A stretch of 64,000 nucleotides of DNA from Eukaryota sp. GEM-RC1 (lineage: Eukaryota). Position 1 is the stretch's first letter. Each line of letters starts with the position of its first letter. The notes beneath the pieces are model-generated. The model was not told the DNA's origin. It ran no database searches and saw only the letters and a program-made list of their open reading frames with translations. The position numbers and the translations under genes were made by a program. The stretch is from the NCBI GenBank assembly GCA_040285855.1, contig JAUFOQ010000013.1:1240001-1304000 (forward strand), in the 5' to 3' direction. Below are positions 1 through 10,937 of this stretch, piece after piece.

Positions 1-92
1 AGATGTTCTAGATGGATATTGTTATACCATACAAAACGGACTCTCTGTGCAGATCAGTTCAGGTCTATGATCTGCACTGAGGTAAAATAGTT

Positions 93-164
93 CTCACTCG
101 GTGGGACTCGAACCCACAACCGATTGGTTCGAAGCCAATCGCGCTGCCATTACGCCACGAGTGA
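93..164 (-). tRNA. tRNA-Arg(TCG)
   Basis: Reverse complement folds as a cloverleaf: acceptor TCACTCG/CGAGTGA, anticodon arm ATTGG-CT[TCG]AA-CCAAT, T arm GTGGG-TTCGAGT-CCCAC. Confidence 0.93.
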
Positions 165-447
165 TATATTTAGATAAACTTCTATGACACTCCTAGGCCC
201 TGCATCATGTGAAATTTAACCTAACTTGGAAGTTCCTAAGTCTTTCCGGCACATCCGATGACGATAGACCAGAACTTGCAACATTCATACTCCAATATGC
301 CATAACAAACATCTTTCGCATCAAAATGTCAATATGTGTGCTAGGTCCTTAGAATTCTGACCTTCGTCCTTAATTGAGCAGAAATCTCTACTTTGGAACA
401 TCCTCTTCATTCACTGCTCTTGTCTGAAAGCTTGTTCTTAAACAGAA

Positions 448-1577
448 ATGATTATCGGAGTTCCTAAAGAAATCAAAAACAATGAAAACAGAGTTGGGTT
501 GACTCCTGCTGGAGTTCGCGAACTTACTAAACGAGGCCATACCGTCTATGTCCAACATACTGCTGGAGAAAACTCCGGGTTTCCTGATTCTGACTATGAA
601 GAAGCCGGTGCTCATATTCTCCCTACCATTGAGGACACATATGCCGCTGTTGACATGATTGTCAAGGTCAAGGAGCCTATTGAGCCCGAATATGAGCTCA
701 TCAAGGAGGATCAGCTCCTCTTCACATTCTTCCACTTCGCTTCTCATCTACCATTAACAGAGGCAATGATCAAATCTAAGTCTATCTGTGTTGCCTACGA
801 GACTGTTGAAAAGTCTGATAAATCTCTCCCTCTTTTGGCTCCAATGTCAGAAATTGCTGGTCGCCTTGCTTCTCAAAAGGGTGCCAACTACTTGGAAAAG
901 CCTTTGGGTGGAAGGGAATTTTACTTGCAGGAACCCCTGGTGTTTTGCCTGCACGTGTTGTTGTTATTGGTGGAGGAAGTGTTGGTTACAACGCTGCTTT
1001 AATGGCTGCTGGTCTTGGTGCTGACGTCATCATTATGGATGTCTCACTTCCCAGGCTTAGATACTTGGCTGAAGTTATGCCTAAGAATGTTAAAACTATG
1101 ATGTCTAATGATTATAACATTAGAAAAGTCATTAAAGACGCTGACCTTGTTATTGGAGCTGTCCTTATTCCTGGTGCCAAAGCTCCTCATCTCATTACCA
1201 GAGATATGCTTAAATTGATGCAAAAGGGAACCGTTGTTGTTGATGTGGCTGTTGACCAAGGTGGATGTATTGAGACATGTAAACCAACCACTCATGCTGA
1301 TCCTGTCTATGTCATTGATGATATTCTCCATTATTGTGTTGCCAACATGCCTGGATGTGTCCCTTTCACTTCAACTCTAGCTTTGACCAATGCTACTCTT
1401 CCTTATGTTATTCAGCTTGCTGATAAGGGCTGGAGACAGGCTGCACTTGAAAACTCTGAATTTGTTCCTGGCTTGAATGTTGTTCATGGTGATGTTGTAT
1501 ATAGAGCTGTTGCTGATGCTTTTGATATTCCGTGGGTTCCAGTAGAGAAGTATCTTTCTGCTGAAACTAACGAATAG
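448..1577 (+). CDS. ald: Alanine dehydrogenase (bacterial-type); one apparent frameshift near 910-920
   Basis: MIIGVPKEIKNNENRVGLTP start, VKVKEP, LPLLAPMSEIAGRL, VVVIGGGSVG Rossmann motif, VDVAVDQGGCIET, HYCVANMPG. ORFs 448-1002 and 945-1577 join. Confidence 0.93.
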
Positions 1578-2093
1578 TTAGTGTTTTGTTTATTATAGTA
1601 CCTTGTTTATTGTTGGTAAATCTGTTTATTGAGCTATGTTTATTACAGTATTTGGTATAGATGTGAACAGTTTAAATGTTTTGTATTCTGATTCTCATGG
1701 TGGTACAGTCGCTCTTTTCCTAGATTCCTCTACAGTTGTGGTTGATCCATATGCAAAGTCTTATGAGGACTCCGTTTCGAATGATTCTATTGATCACGTT
1801 GAAAAGATTGAACAACCGAAGCAAACATTCTATTGGATGTTCTGAATAAACTAAAAATATTAATTCAAAAGTTTCATTTGTTCCATTTGTTTACATAATC
1901 TTGGTCCAACAGGGGCAAAAATATTAAATGATTTTGATCGTTTCTACCGATATACTAATAGAAAGGCTGTGACTGGTTCAAGAGAGAACAATAGTGAGAA
2001 TACCTTTAAAACATTTTGAATGTCTGGATTTTAAAATTCGACTTGACTCGGCCAGAGAAAATAATGTAGCGTTGGCAAAAAAATATAATCGAT

Positions 2094-2901
2094 TTGAAGG
2101 ACAGTTCTTCAGTTGCTTTGATCAACCAAATTCCACAGATTTATGGACTGTTGTTGAATGACCATCAATGGACTACAACGTTTAGACTTCGATGTTTCTT
2201 GCAGCCCTCTAATTTATCTAATGATCTTCAATGTAAATGTGGTAAATTAGTTACTTTTTCTCACCGTTTGAGTTGCGATCGTTTCATTACTTTTAAAACT
2301 TGCATTCGTGATGCTGTCAGAGATCAAATTCATGTCATGTGTAAGTCCTACAAAATCGAATCTTTCGTTGAGCCACTGTTGAGATCACTGGAAATCAATA
2401 ATTCAAAAAATAGTGATTCTGATAAGACTTTTGGTAAACGAAGAGCTGATGTTATAGTTCCATCAGTTAATGATGAACTAACCGTTGTTGATGTGATTAC
2501 TGTGGATGTTTGCAAAAAAGTGCATTCAAGGATGCTAAAAATGAAGTTTCTCCACTGAATTCTTCAGAACAATACAAGAGAAACAAATATGATTAACCAT
2601 TGACTGCTCACATACATATTAGACACGTTGAGTACAAATTATGTCCTTTTGCAATATCAATTTATGGTCGACTTGGTCGAGATGCTCTTTGTTTTTCTCT
2701 CTGATTTTGAGAAAGTGGTCAAAAAGAAAGAACAAGAAATTTGATTTCAAATTTTGGTTGAATCGTATTGTTTTTACAATATTTAAAACAATTCCTATCA
2801 TGATTTCAAAAGCTCTATTAGCTCTCAGTGTTTTTTATGAAGAAAAAGCTGATGTGAGTTTTAATGGCGATGATTGTTGCTTTAATGATATTGAGTTCTA
2901 G
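2094..2901 (+). mobile_element. 3' relic of a non-LTR retrotransposon with restriction-like endonuclease (RLE)
   Basis: CKCG..H..SC knuckle, RDAVRDQI, IESFVEPL, RRADV..P..VVDV RLE-type motif, broken by stops and frameshifts. Its 3' part recurs at ~60160-60360. Confidence 0.7.
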
Positions 2902-2960
2902 TATTTGTGTTTATTTCAGTGTTTTTGTTCCATAAAAGTGTCCATTTCAAAAGAATCTCC

Positions 2961-3290
2961 TAGAAACAGCTGAAAAACCTAAAATTGATTTGTATTCCAA
3001 TGACGTTGCTGAACTCAATCAAATGTATATTCAAAATGTATATTTGTTCCATTTGATAATTCTATTTTTGGTAGTATTGGTGAAATGGCTTCTCGGTTTT
3101 TAACTGATTTTGGATCTACGTGTAAGTCTCAGAATAAGAGATATAACTTATCAATTTGGCATAATCTTTTGCTTTCTTCTTTGTTCGGTTCGATGCCTAA
3201 GTTTTTAATTCAATTTTCACTAAGTTGTATAAAAACTGTGATACCATTGACCAGGAATTTTTTGTGTCTAGTGTTTCATAGACTATTGAT
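2961..3290 (+). mobile_element. Second retroelement 3' relic (dispersed repeat)
   Basis: Alignable by eye with 15319-15650 (tagaaacag...ggtgaaatggctt...aagtctcagaataagaga...tttttgtgtc). Confidence 0.65.
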
Positions 3291-3495
3291 GTAAATGGTG
3301 CTCTAATGTCTGGGATGGTGGATTTACTCGATCCCTGGTTTCACTAAAAATACAGACATCACAATCAATATTTGTTATCTGCTTAAAATATAGATTTTCT
3401 ATAAAGAATATAAAAATACTGTGTACAAACGCACTTTCCCGGCCCCTGTCAGGAACATAACTATTGTTATTGAAATTACTCATTGTGCATTTGCA

Positions 3496-3560
3496 TCCAG
3501 GATTTGATAGAATATCTCCATCGATACTCAAGCATGAACAAACTATGACGACTGGAGATG
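3496..3560 (-). pseudogene. Decayed 2A-like peptide remnant (LQSS*FVH/LSIDGDILSNPG)
   Basis: Resembles the element B leader (LQSSQFLRDLTMDGDIESNP) but has a stop, an indel, E>L and no final Pro. Confidence 0.6.
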
Positions 3561-3695
3561 TAGTTTACTCTTTGAATAACAAGCAACTAATACAAAATAC
3601 AACAAAAGATGGGATTTGATGATTAAAGCACTATTAGTAAGAATTCCAATCCAAAAAAGATCAGATAAAACTCTGAAAACACAGGTTAAATTGGA

Positions 3696-6536
3696 TCAAC
3701 ATGTTTTAACTATTGACCGCATGGTTTGTGTATGACAAAAACCAAGACACTGAACTTTTTTCTTTTTGTGCAAAGTACGTACTGTACTTATGAACACCAC
3801 ATCTGCTTCTCTTCCCTGAAAACCATCAGTGGTAGACACAGTAATTTTTTGACGATAAGCTTGACCAACTCTATCATCTAAATGTTGATTAGGTACTGAC
3901 ACTTGGGCTCTATATGGTGTCAAAACAGCCACCAACAATTGTCGTTTGAGAGATTCTTCGATTTCAACCATATACATTTCAAAAAAAAAGGTTCACTTGA
4001 GTAGCCACAGCAGTTGCTTCACTGAAATTTAAGAGACTGCCTGCCAGAGTTTTGGAAAATTGGTGTTGAGAAGCAATAGAATAGAATTAAAAAATCTCTT
4101 CTGGCAAAAGAAGCAGTAAGACGACAGGGTTCTTCGGTCTGAATATTAGAATCGTACCAGACTTTGTTTGAAAATTCCCACAATTCTTGATATTGACGAT
4201 ATTGAGGATTTAATCGTTTAAATCTACGATCTTCAATCATTCTGTTTAAATGAGATTCCATCAGAGATTTAGCCAATTTTGGATTTCGGCTGAGAACAAC
4301 AGGAGGTAGCTGTTTTTCGTCTCCTACAATAACAACAGAAGCATGGTTGGGACATATTTTAAAAGCAGAGATGATTTCAGGTTCAGTTGCTTGGCCAACT
4401 TCGTCTATTATAAGAATATCAGGAGTGAAAACATTCAGTTGTCTGTATAAACCAGCAAGCGTCAATGTAGTAAATACTACATCAAATTCGTCTTGGACCC
4501 ATGATAAATCGGGTTTTTTCTCTTCGTCATCATCTGATAAATCAGCATCTTCATCTGCGTTTTGAAGTTTTTCCGCAATTTTTGTAGTCAACAAGAATTC
4601 TTCCATAGATTCTGATTTGCGGTAAGGAGCAGAAATTCGGAGTAATTTCTTTCAGTCGACATTTTCTTCATTAGCCAATTTTAAAATAATTACTTCAACA
4701 GCATCATTTGAGGGTGCAGCAACCCAAACTTTGATTCCATCATTGATCAGAGAAACAATCAAATTCACAATGGTTACTGTTTTGCCAGTACCAGGTGCTC
4801 CATGGATGCAATATAGACCAGGATCATTTCCATGTAATTCTCTAATCTCTTCGCATGCTTCTTGCTGTGACTTGTTCAAACTTTTGAAAAGACAGAACTC
4901 GGAGAAAATTGTTTTTGACACTCAGACATTGGCTTTTGGAGTTCAATTCCTAATTGAAATTTAATTTGTGCAGGAATTTTTAAGTCAACCATAGCAGAAA
5001 TTTGACGAATATAATTGCAAATGGATCCAATTTTCACAGCACAAAGCACTGTCAGCGGACAAATTGGGTTTTGAGTAATCACAGTGACCTTTGACCAAGG
5101 AATACGGCTATGGAGGCGGTAAAACTTATTCACAACAGCAACATGAAGCTTATCGTAATTTCGATCACGTATATCGGATAATGATCGCAATAAAAAAATA
5201 TCTGAATTACCAACATGGCAACAAGGACGCCTATTGAAGTACCATTCTTGAAATTCGAGTGGAATCCTAACCTCATACATTGGTAGCTTCGAATTGAGAG
5301 TATTGACAAATGTTTCACAACGATCCATACTTTCCAAAATTTCTGGGTCCTTAGTTAAGTCAGCCAAAAGTACCCGCATATTGGTAGAGAAACCATATTT
5401 GTGCTGGGTTGAAGGATGCATTGTATAACCCATTAAAACTTCTTGTTTGTCATAATTTGATAAACTGTAACAACAATTAGCAGTAATTTCATCTAAAATG
5501 ACATCAATCCATTCAGCTGAATAATCTGAGCCAACAGATAGTTGGAGAATGAATTGGCGTTTCGTGTCACCACTCATTTGGACATTAGTAAAAGTTGATT
5601 GCGGGTTTTCAGTCAAAGATAAAAAGTTTGGCCACCAATTGAAAAGATGAGGAACAATAAGGCTGGTGACTGATTCCTGAGAAGTAACAGAAGTTACAGA
5701 TGGTGGTCTATTTAAGGAAAATTGTTGACCAAAAATAAAAGAAGATTTGGAAAAGATTTGGTAACTGATGGAAAGAATGTTAGTAGTTCCAATTGATTGT
5801 TTTCAGCGAAAATGTCATCAGTTTCAGAGCTTTCAGACCAAAAAGGAATTACTCGTCTTTGCTGAGCTCGATCAAGTTGAGGAAGTGGATCAATTGGCGC
5901 ACTTATTGAGTAAGTTTCTTTCAGTGATGGCCAGGATGCAAGTGAAGGTGGAGGAGCGACTTCAAAGTTCTGGATAAAATCAGCAGGGTATTTGTCGATG
6001 ATTTTTTTGTTTTGAGATTTTTGACTTAAGGTAGCTTTGGCAAAAGCTTCAACTTCAGCATCGGAATAACACTTTTTGAAAACGGGTCGTTTTTTAAGTT
6101 TTTTTATGTATTCCTTCCAAGACTTTGGAGACACAAAATTTCGCCAAAATTTATTGTCTTCAACAACAACAAAAATTCCTGGCTTAGACTTTCTGTCATC
6201 AGGCCCTGGATTATTTTCAACATCTCCATACAAAGTCAAATCCTCTTTGTATGGATAAATGCTATTTATTGTTGATACAGAAACTACTGTAAAAATAACG
6301 ACGTTATAAGAAAAGACGAAAAAGGATTCTGCACACCTGATGGTGTTTTTAAAACTCGAAACAGTAAAAGAAGAAAAAAAGAAGAAAAAAGGAAATACGT
6401 CCTTAGGATAAACTCCTGTGAGCGCATCCTGAACACCTGATGGTGTTTTTAAAACTCGAAACAGTAAAAGAAGAAAAAAAGAAGAAAAAAGGAAATACGT
6501 CCTTAGGATAAACTCCTGTGAACGCATCCTGAACAC
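3696..6536 (-). CDS. Element A: 2A peptide + possible RNase H1/viroplasmin-like N-domain + UPF1/SEN1-like SF1 helicase (frameshifted, 3' truncated)
   Basis: DLTLYGDVENNPGP at 6201-6242. Helicase motifs GAPGTGKT, VAAPSNDAVE, IIDEVGQ, VGDEKQLPP, LNPQYR, VLTPYRAQV, STTDGFQGRE across ORFs 5712-6536, 4876-5616, 4652-4921, 4019-4606, 3696-3977. Motif VI is absent. Confidence 0.8.
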
Positions 6537-6576
6537 CTGATGGTGTTTTTAAAACTCGAAACAGTAAAAGAAGAAA
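6333..6576 (-). repeat. 100-bp tandem repeat (2.4 copies), 5' leader of element A
   Basis: acacctgatggtgttttt recurs at 6333, 6433 and 6533; units nearly identical. Confidence 0.95.
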
Positions 6577-6710
6577 CCAGAAGACACAAGTCATCAGAAA
6601 GAGTGGTGAAAGGGGATTTAGATTTCATTTCAACAGATGTGTACCTACAATGTAGACTCTGTTCGAGACATTAGCATTCTTTTCACACATTACTCTCCAA
6701 ACAGCTACGA

Positions 6711-6879
6711 ACTCAACTTATTGCACATGATAAAGAAGTTTTTGACATTGCGTTTGCTCGATCTCCAGATCTCTTTGCTTCAGTTGAAGCAGACGGCTCC
6801 GTCAGAATGTTTGATCTCTGAGCTCTTGGTCATTCCACTATCACTCACGAGACTACAAACACACCCCTCATACGCCTTC
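6711..6879 (+). pseudogene. DCAF7/WDR68 (WD40) gene fragment
   Basis: Translates [46 protein letters not shown]. Confidence 0.75.
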
Positions 6880-6944
6880 CGACTGAAGGGTTAGGATTGA
6901 TCACAACTTTTCCCTCAGCACCCACTTACCATACTTTGACTCTC

Positions 6945-7200
6945 TCTTAACCCAAAGCCTATTATGGGGCGATAAGGACGATATACAACACGTGTTTAAG
7001 ACCTTTCTAACGCTTGACTTTGTCATCGCCTCGGATGTTGTCTGTTGTGTGTACTCAACTGAAAGTGTCCCTCTACTTCTTGATACTATTAAGCAATTCA
7101 TTGATCGATATGGTTGTACTGTTTGGATTGCTCTGAAGTGGAGATCTGCAGAGTTGTTCCTCTATAGATTGTTGAAGCATTTGGTCTTGATGTTTATAAA
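6945..7200 (+). pseudogene. METTL21-like lysine methyltransferase fragment
   Basis: LLWGD...LDFVIASDVV..VY...LLDTI...VWIALKWR; no N-terminus. Confidence 0.55.
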
Positions 7201-7499
7201 CAGTAACTAGGTCTTTTTGACTGTAAACGACACTGCTCACGGAAGTCTTCAATCAGATTCCCATCAATTAGTGGCAATCAATTCTGATAGCAATGAGATC
7301 CATGTCAATCCCGTATTTGGTTATGAACTGTCATATTGGCTGATTAATGGTACTGATATATTGACCTCAGATCCTCTTGTTATAAGGAATGTACAGGGAA
7401 ACACCACAGCTGAAGCTTTCTTTCAATTAAAAACTTACTCTGTCGATATTGAAAGTTCTGTTGATTTTGAAAGCAACTGTTAATTTTGGAATCTCTTGC

Positions 7500-10373
7500 T
7501 CCCCTTAATGGTGTGCTTTGAAGGTTTCTTTATCTTTACGGCAGTGTTTGAAAACCACCCGGGTGGCGTCTGGGTGGTACTGAATGGATAATTTTTGTCT
7601 TACCATCATCTTCAATCCATGACTTCCTGAATACATACTTCGTTGTTCAACGTGTCCTGAATACAATTATTTTAACGGGAGTTATTTCTAGGCTCGGAGA
7701 GGCTAATATCATCTTATTTATCTATTGAATTGTAATTCACCATTGGGTTGTAGTTTTGCAATAATGACAGAGATCATGATGATTTGTTGATCTGCGAGAA
7801 AATCAAGGTCGTGAGCTTCTTCTTCAAAATCATTCATTAGAGATCTTCTCTGTTTCAAAGACTCTTTTTCCGTTCTACGATGTTCATTCAATTCTTTATT
7901 CACTCGTGTAGGAATTCTCTCATTGATATTTCTTGTTTCAATATCAATTATAAAAACTGTAGGAAGGGAGTCATCAACAACAGTATCAGTTGCAATGTCA
8001 ATAAATGGAATTCTTGATTCTTTTTCCTTTTTTCCTTTAACAACTGGAATTTCAGGAAATTCATGCAAAGAATCAGTTGAACCTTCAACTACTTGCGAAC
8101 TTTGACATTCTTCGTCAGTTTTCGGGAATTTTGTACAACCACTAGATTGATTATACAGTCTCTGTTGACGTTTAGAAACTTGTTCTTGTGGACGATGAAT
8201 TTCTGACGAATGACACTTTTTTGGTTTCCGTTCTAGTCGTCGTGCTTTAGAGTTTTTGACGGATGTGGCAGATGAAGAAGAATAACTTGATGAAATTTTA
8301 TTAGTTACTTATAGAGTTTTACGACGAGATGACAGACGTGTAGTACTTTCAGAAGTTTCAGAAGATTTATTTCTTTTCCCAGCAGGTTGATTAGTTTTGG
8401 GAGATTTTTTCTTTCCAGTGTCCGATCTACAATGTTGTTGCTGAGAAAGTGTAGGTGGAACTATAGTTGGTTGTAAAGATTGAAGACACAATTTTATTAC
8501 TTGCCTACTCTCTTGAGCATTGATAGAGTTTTGCAACAATATACCAGCAGCTTGAATAAGAGATTGATCTGAGAATTCATGTGAAGTGAGAAGTTCTAAA
8601 AGTCCTCTCATATACTCAAGAACATAAATTCCACAATCATTTGGTGTTTGCTTCTCTATCACTGGAACAATAATGAGTCGATAATTGAGTTGATGAAGAG
8701 TTTCATTTACTTTCGAAATAACTTGATTCAAAAACGAATTAATTTCATGTAAATTCTTATCAACATCTTGTCTGTGATCTTCAACATCCTAAAGAGGATC
8801 GAGAAAGATAAAAAGTTCATCATGTGTATCGATTACAATCAAACCCCAATGTATACCAGAACTTTCGTTAATCAATGCGTCATTTATAGGAAGAAACAGA
8901 TATCTAGAATTTGCCTGCTGAATCTTGTTGATGAAAAATTGGTGAAGAGATTGATTTTCATGAACTAAAAATAATTGAACAGATCCAGGAGTTACAAAGG
9001 CGTTTAAATCAACTCCATATAGCTCCATCAAATGTCGAGAGTACCAATTAACACAATCGTCCACAATCCAACCATCAGGTGACAAAGACTTGATTGCTTC
9101 TGAAACCTCTTTTAAATCATTTTGTGTCAGAGCATTGGGATTTGAATCTGGAATTTCATCAGGAGATGACATAAGTGTTGAAGGTTCAGATATTTCAGAA
9201 GTACCAACAGATACATTCATTTGTTGTTGAGATTGGGTTGAATGAACGTCAGTAGGTAACCCTAGGTAGTTCCTTATTTCATTATTTAACATAGTCCTGT
9301 ATACTGTGGGATCAAAAGTTTGATACGATAAATCGAATTGACATGTTGTGACTGCGGTACAATGACTTAAACCTAACAACCGATTGTATTCTGTGTAAAA
9401 CTGATTGATGGCATTTTGATAGTCATTCTGTCCCTTTTCTAAATGCTTTACCTGAGTTTCTGGGTCGTTGTTGCTGATTAATTCTTGCAGTGATTGCACT
9501 TTCTCCGCCAATATTGGAAGTTTATACTTCAAATCAATAACTATCAACTGATTGACGGCATTTTGATAGTCATTCTTTGCGTCTTCTAATTGTTTTGGCT
9601 CAGTTTCTGGGTCGTTGTTATTGATCAATTCTTGCAGTGATTGCACTTTCTCCGCCAATATTGGAAGTTTATGCTGCAAATCAACTTGATTCAAAAGCTG
9701 GTTATTGAAGCTTTTATACAAGGTTTCAATCACATATAAAACAAAAATTCCACAATCATAGTCATTGTTTTGTTGTGGTACACTTAGATTGTGAGGATAA
9801 AAAGATTGCTAGCACGTGCTACATGTTCTTTGGTTGAATTTAAGAACATTTTTCCATTAAGGGAATCTGCGAAATACAAATGACTCAAAGCAAGATCGTA
9901 AATAGCAAGTCCCCAATGACTTCCAGGAAATAATGCAGTTATAGCATCATTAATAGGCACTACTACCAACACTTTACCAACATTGTTAGATTTAATGGTT
10001 ACAGAAACATCAGCCAAATTATCTTGATTTCGTATAGCGCTGCCAAACTCCATAGGGTCGAAATCTCCTATAATCTCTGCAGCAAAGGGTACTTTTGTGC
10101 TATCAAGTGATGCCCAAAATTTAAATGTGAAGATTCTAGCCATGTTTCATCACCCAGAGGACTAATACCACCAAAAGCAATTTCTGGGTCAGGGTTTGAC
10201 TCTATGTCTCCGTCCATAGTCAAATCACGGAGAAATTGTGATGACTGGAGATTTATTGACAACATACTAGTACAATAAAATATACAACAACAAAATAAAC
10301 AAGTAATGCAATAGTTGTTTTTCAAAAAAAAGAAGTAAAGACTTAGAATAAACTCCTGCGTCAATACTTCCAA
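7500..10373 (-). CDS. Element B: 2A-like peptide + two Ulp1/SENP (C48) protease domains + PolB-type 3'-5' exonuclease-like domain (frameshifted, 3' truncated)
   Basis: DLTMDGDIESNPDP at 10185-10226. Domain 1: VPIND..GSHWGLAIYD..YFADSL..QQNNDYDCG. Domain 2: WIVDDCVN..LPIND..GIHWGLIVID..FLDPL..KQTPNDCG. Then VFIIDIET..DQQIIMISVI (7718-8068). Confidence 0.75.
9399..9684 (-). repeat. 147-bp coding tandem duplication (2 copies) in element B linker
   Basis: KLPILAEKVQSLQELI.NNDPET occurs twice; aactgattga at 9399 and 9546. Confidence 0.9.
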
Positions 10374-10501
10374 TCATCTGATGATGTTTAGAAATTTGAA
10401 AAAGAAAAAAAAGAAGTAAAGACTTAGGATAAACTCCTGCGTCAATACTTCAAACATCTGATGGTGTTTTGTGAAATTTTGGTGGAAAAAAAGAAGTAAA
10501 G
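10324..10501 (-). repeat. ~81-bp tandem repeat (about 2.2 copies), 5' leader of element B
   Basis: aagaagtaaagactta.ataaactcctgcgtcaatacttc occurs twice; shares cttaggataaactcctg and ctgatggtgtttt with the element A repeat. Confidence 0.9.
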
Positions 10502-10792
10502 TTGTTCGGAGCGGGGATCTGTCCAAAGACGACGTGAAGATCCGATGTACATAACTGACGGCAAAGGACCGAGATATACAGTTCTGAAGTTAGACATAAA
10601 TAGACATACAGTAGATGCGTCATTTGTCATGTAACAAGAATAATTGACTCTCGGAAAAGTTGTTCTTTATAAGGAACAACTGTAGACATGTCACAATTTG
10701 ACATGGTACTGTGACATTGACACTTCTTAGGTCTCCCTCGCCTTCGCTTCCGTTCCTTCTCTTCCGTTCCCCTGAAAGTAGCAATGTAAGAT

Positions 10793-10864
10793 GGGGCTAT
10801 GGTCCAATGGTAGGGCATCAGCCTCCAGAGCTGCAAGATCATGGTTCGATTCCTTGTAGCCCCA
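10793..10864 (+). tRNA. tRNA-Trp(CCA) with unpaired 27:43 position (4-bp anticodon stem)
   Basis: GGGGCTA/TAGCCCC acceptor, GTCC/GGGC D stem, T-CAGC-CT[CCA]GA-GCTG-C anticodon arm, CATGG-TTCGATT-CCTTG T arm with one T:T mismatch. Confidence 0.85.
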
Positions 10865-10937
10865 CATTTTTGCAAACAACCCTCTGTTTTTTTTTCAATT
10901 GAAATTCCGAATATTTCAGCCCAACCACAAAGTAACA

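Noticed and set aside
3283..3400. APE endonuclease following the decayed 2A (DCDVCIFSET)
   Set aside because: A single short motif in scrambled sequence; insufficient to call a 2A-APE retrotransposon.
6337..6362. Hammerhead ribozyme-like CTGATGG...GAAAC in the A repeat (CTGATGA...GAAA in B)
   Set aside because: On the non-coding strand, core is not CUGANGA in most copies, and stems II/III with a cleavage triplet could not be built.
6818..6820. TGA in the DCAF7 fragment as evidence of UGA=Trp
   Set aside because: The position corresponds to Arg (CGA>TGA) in a non-functional fragment.
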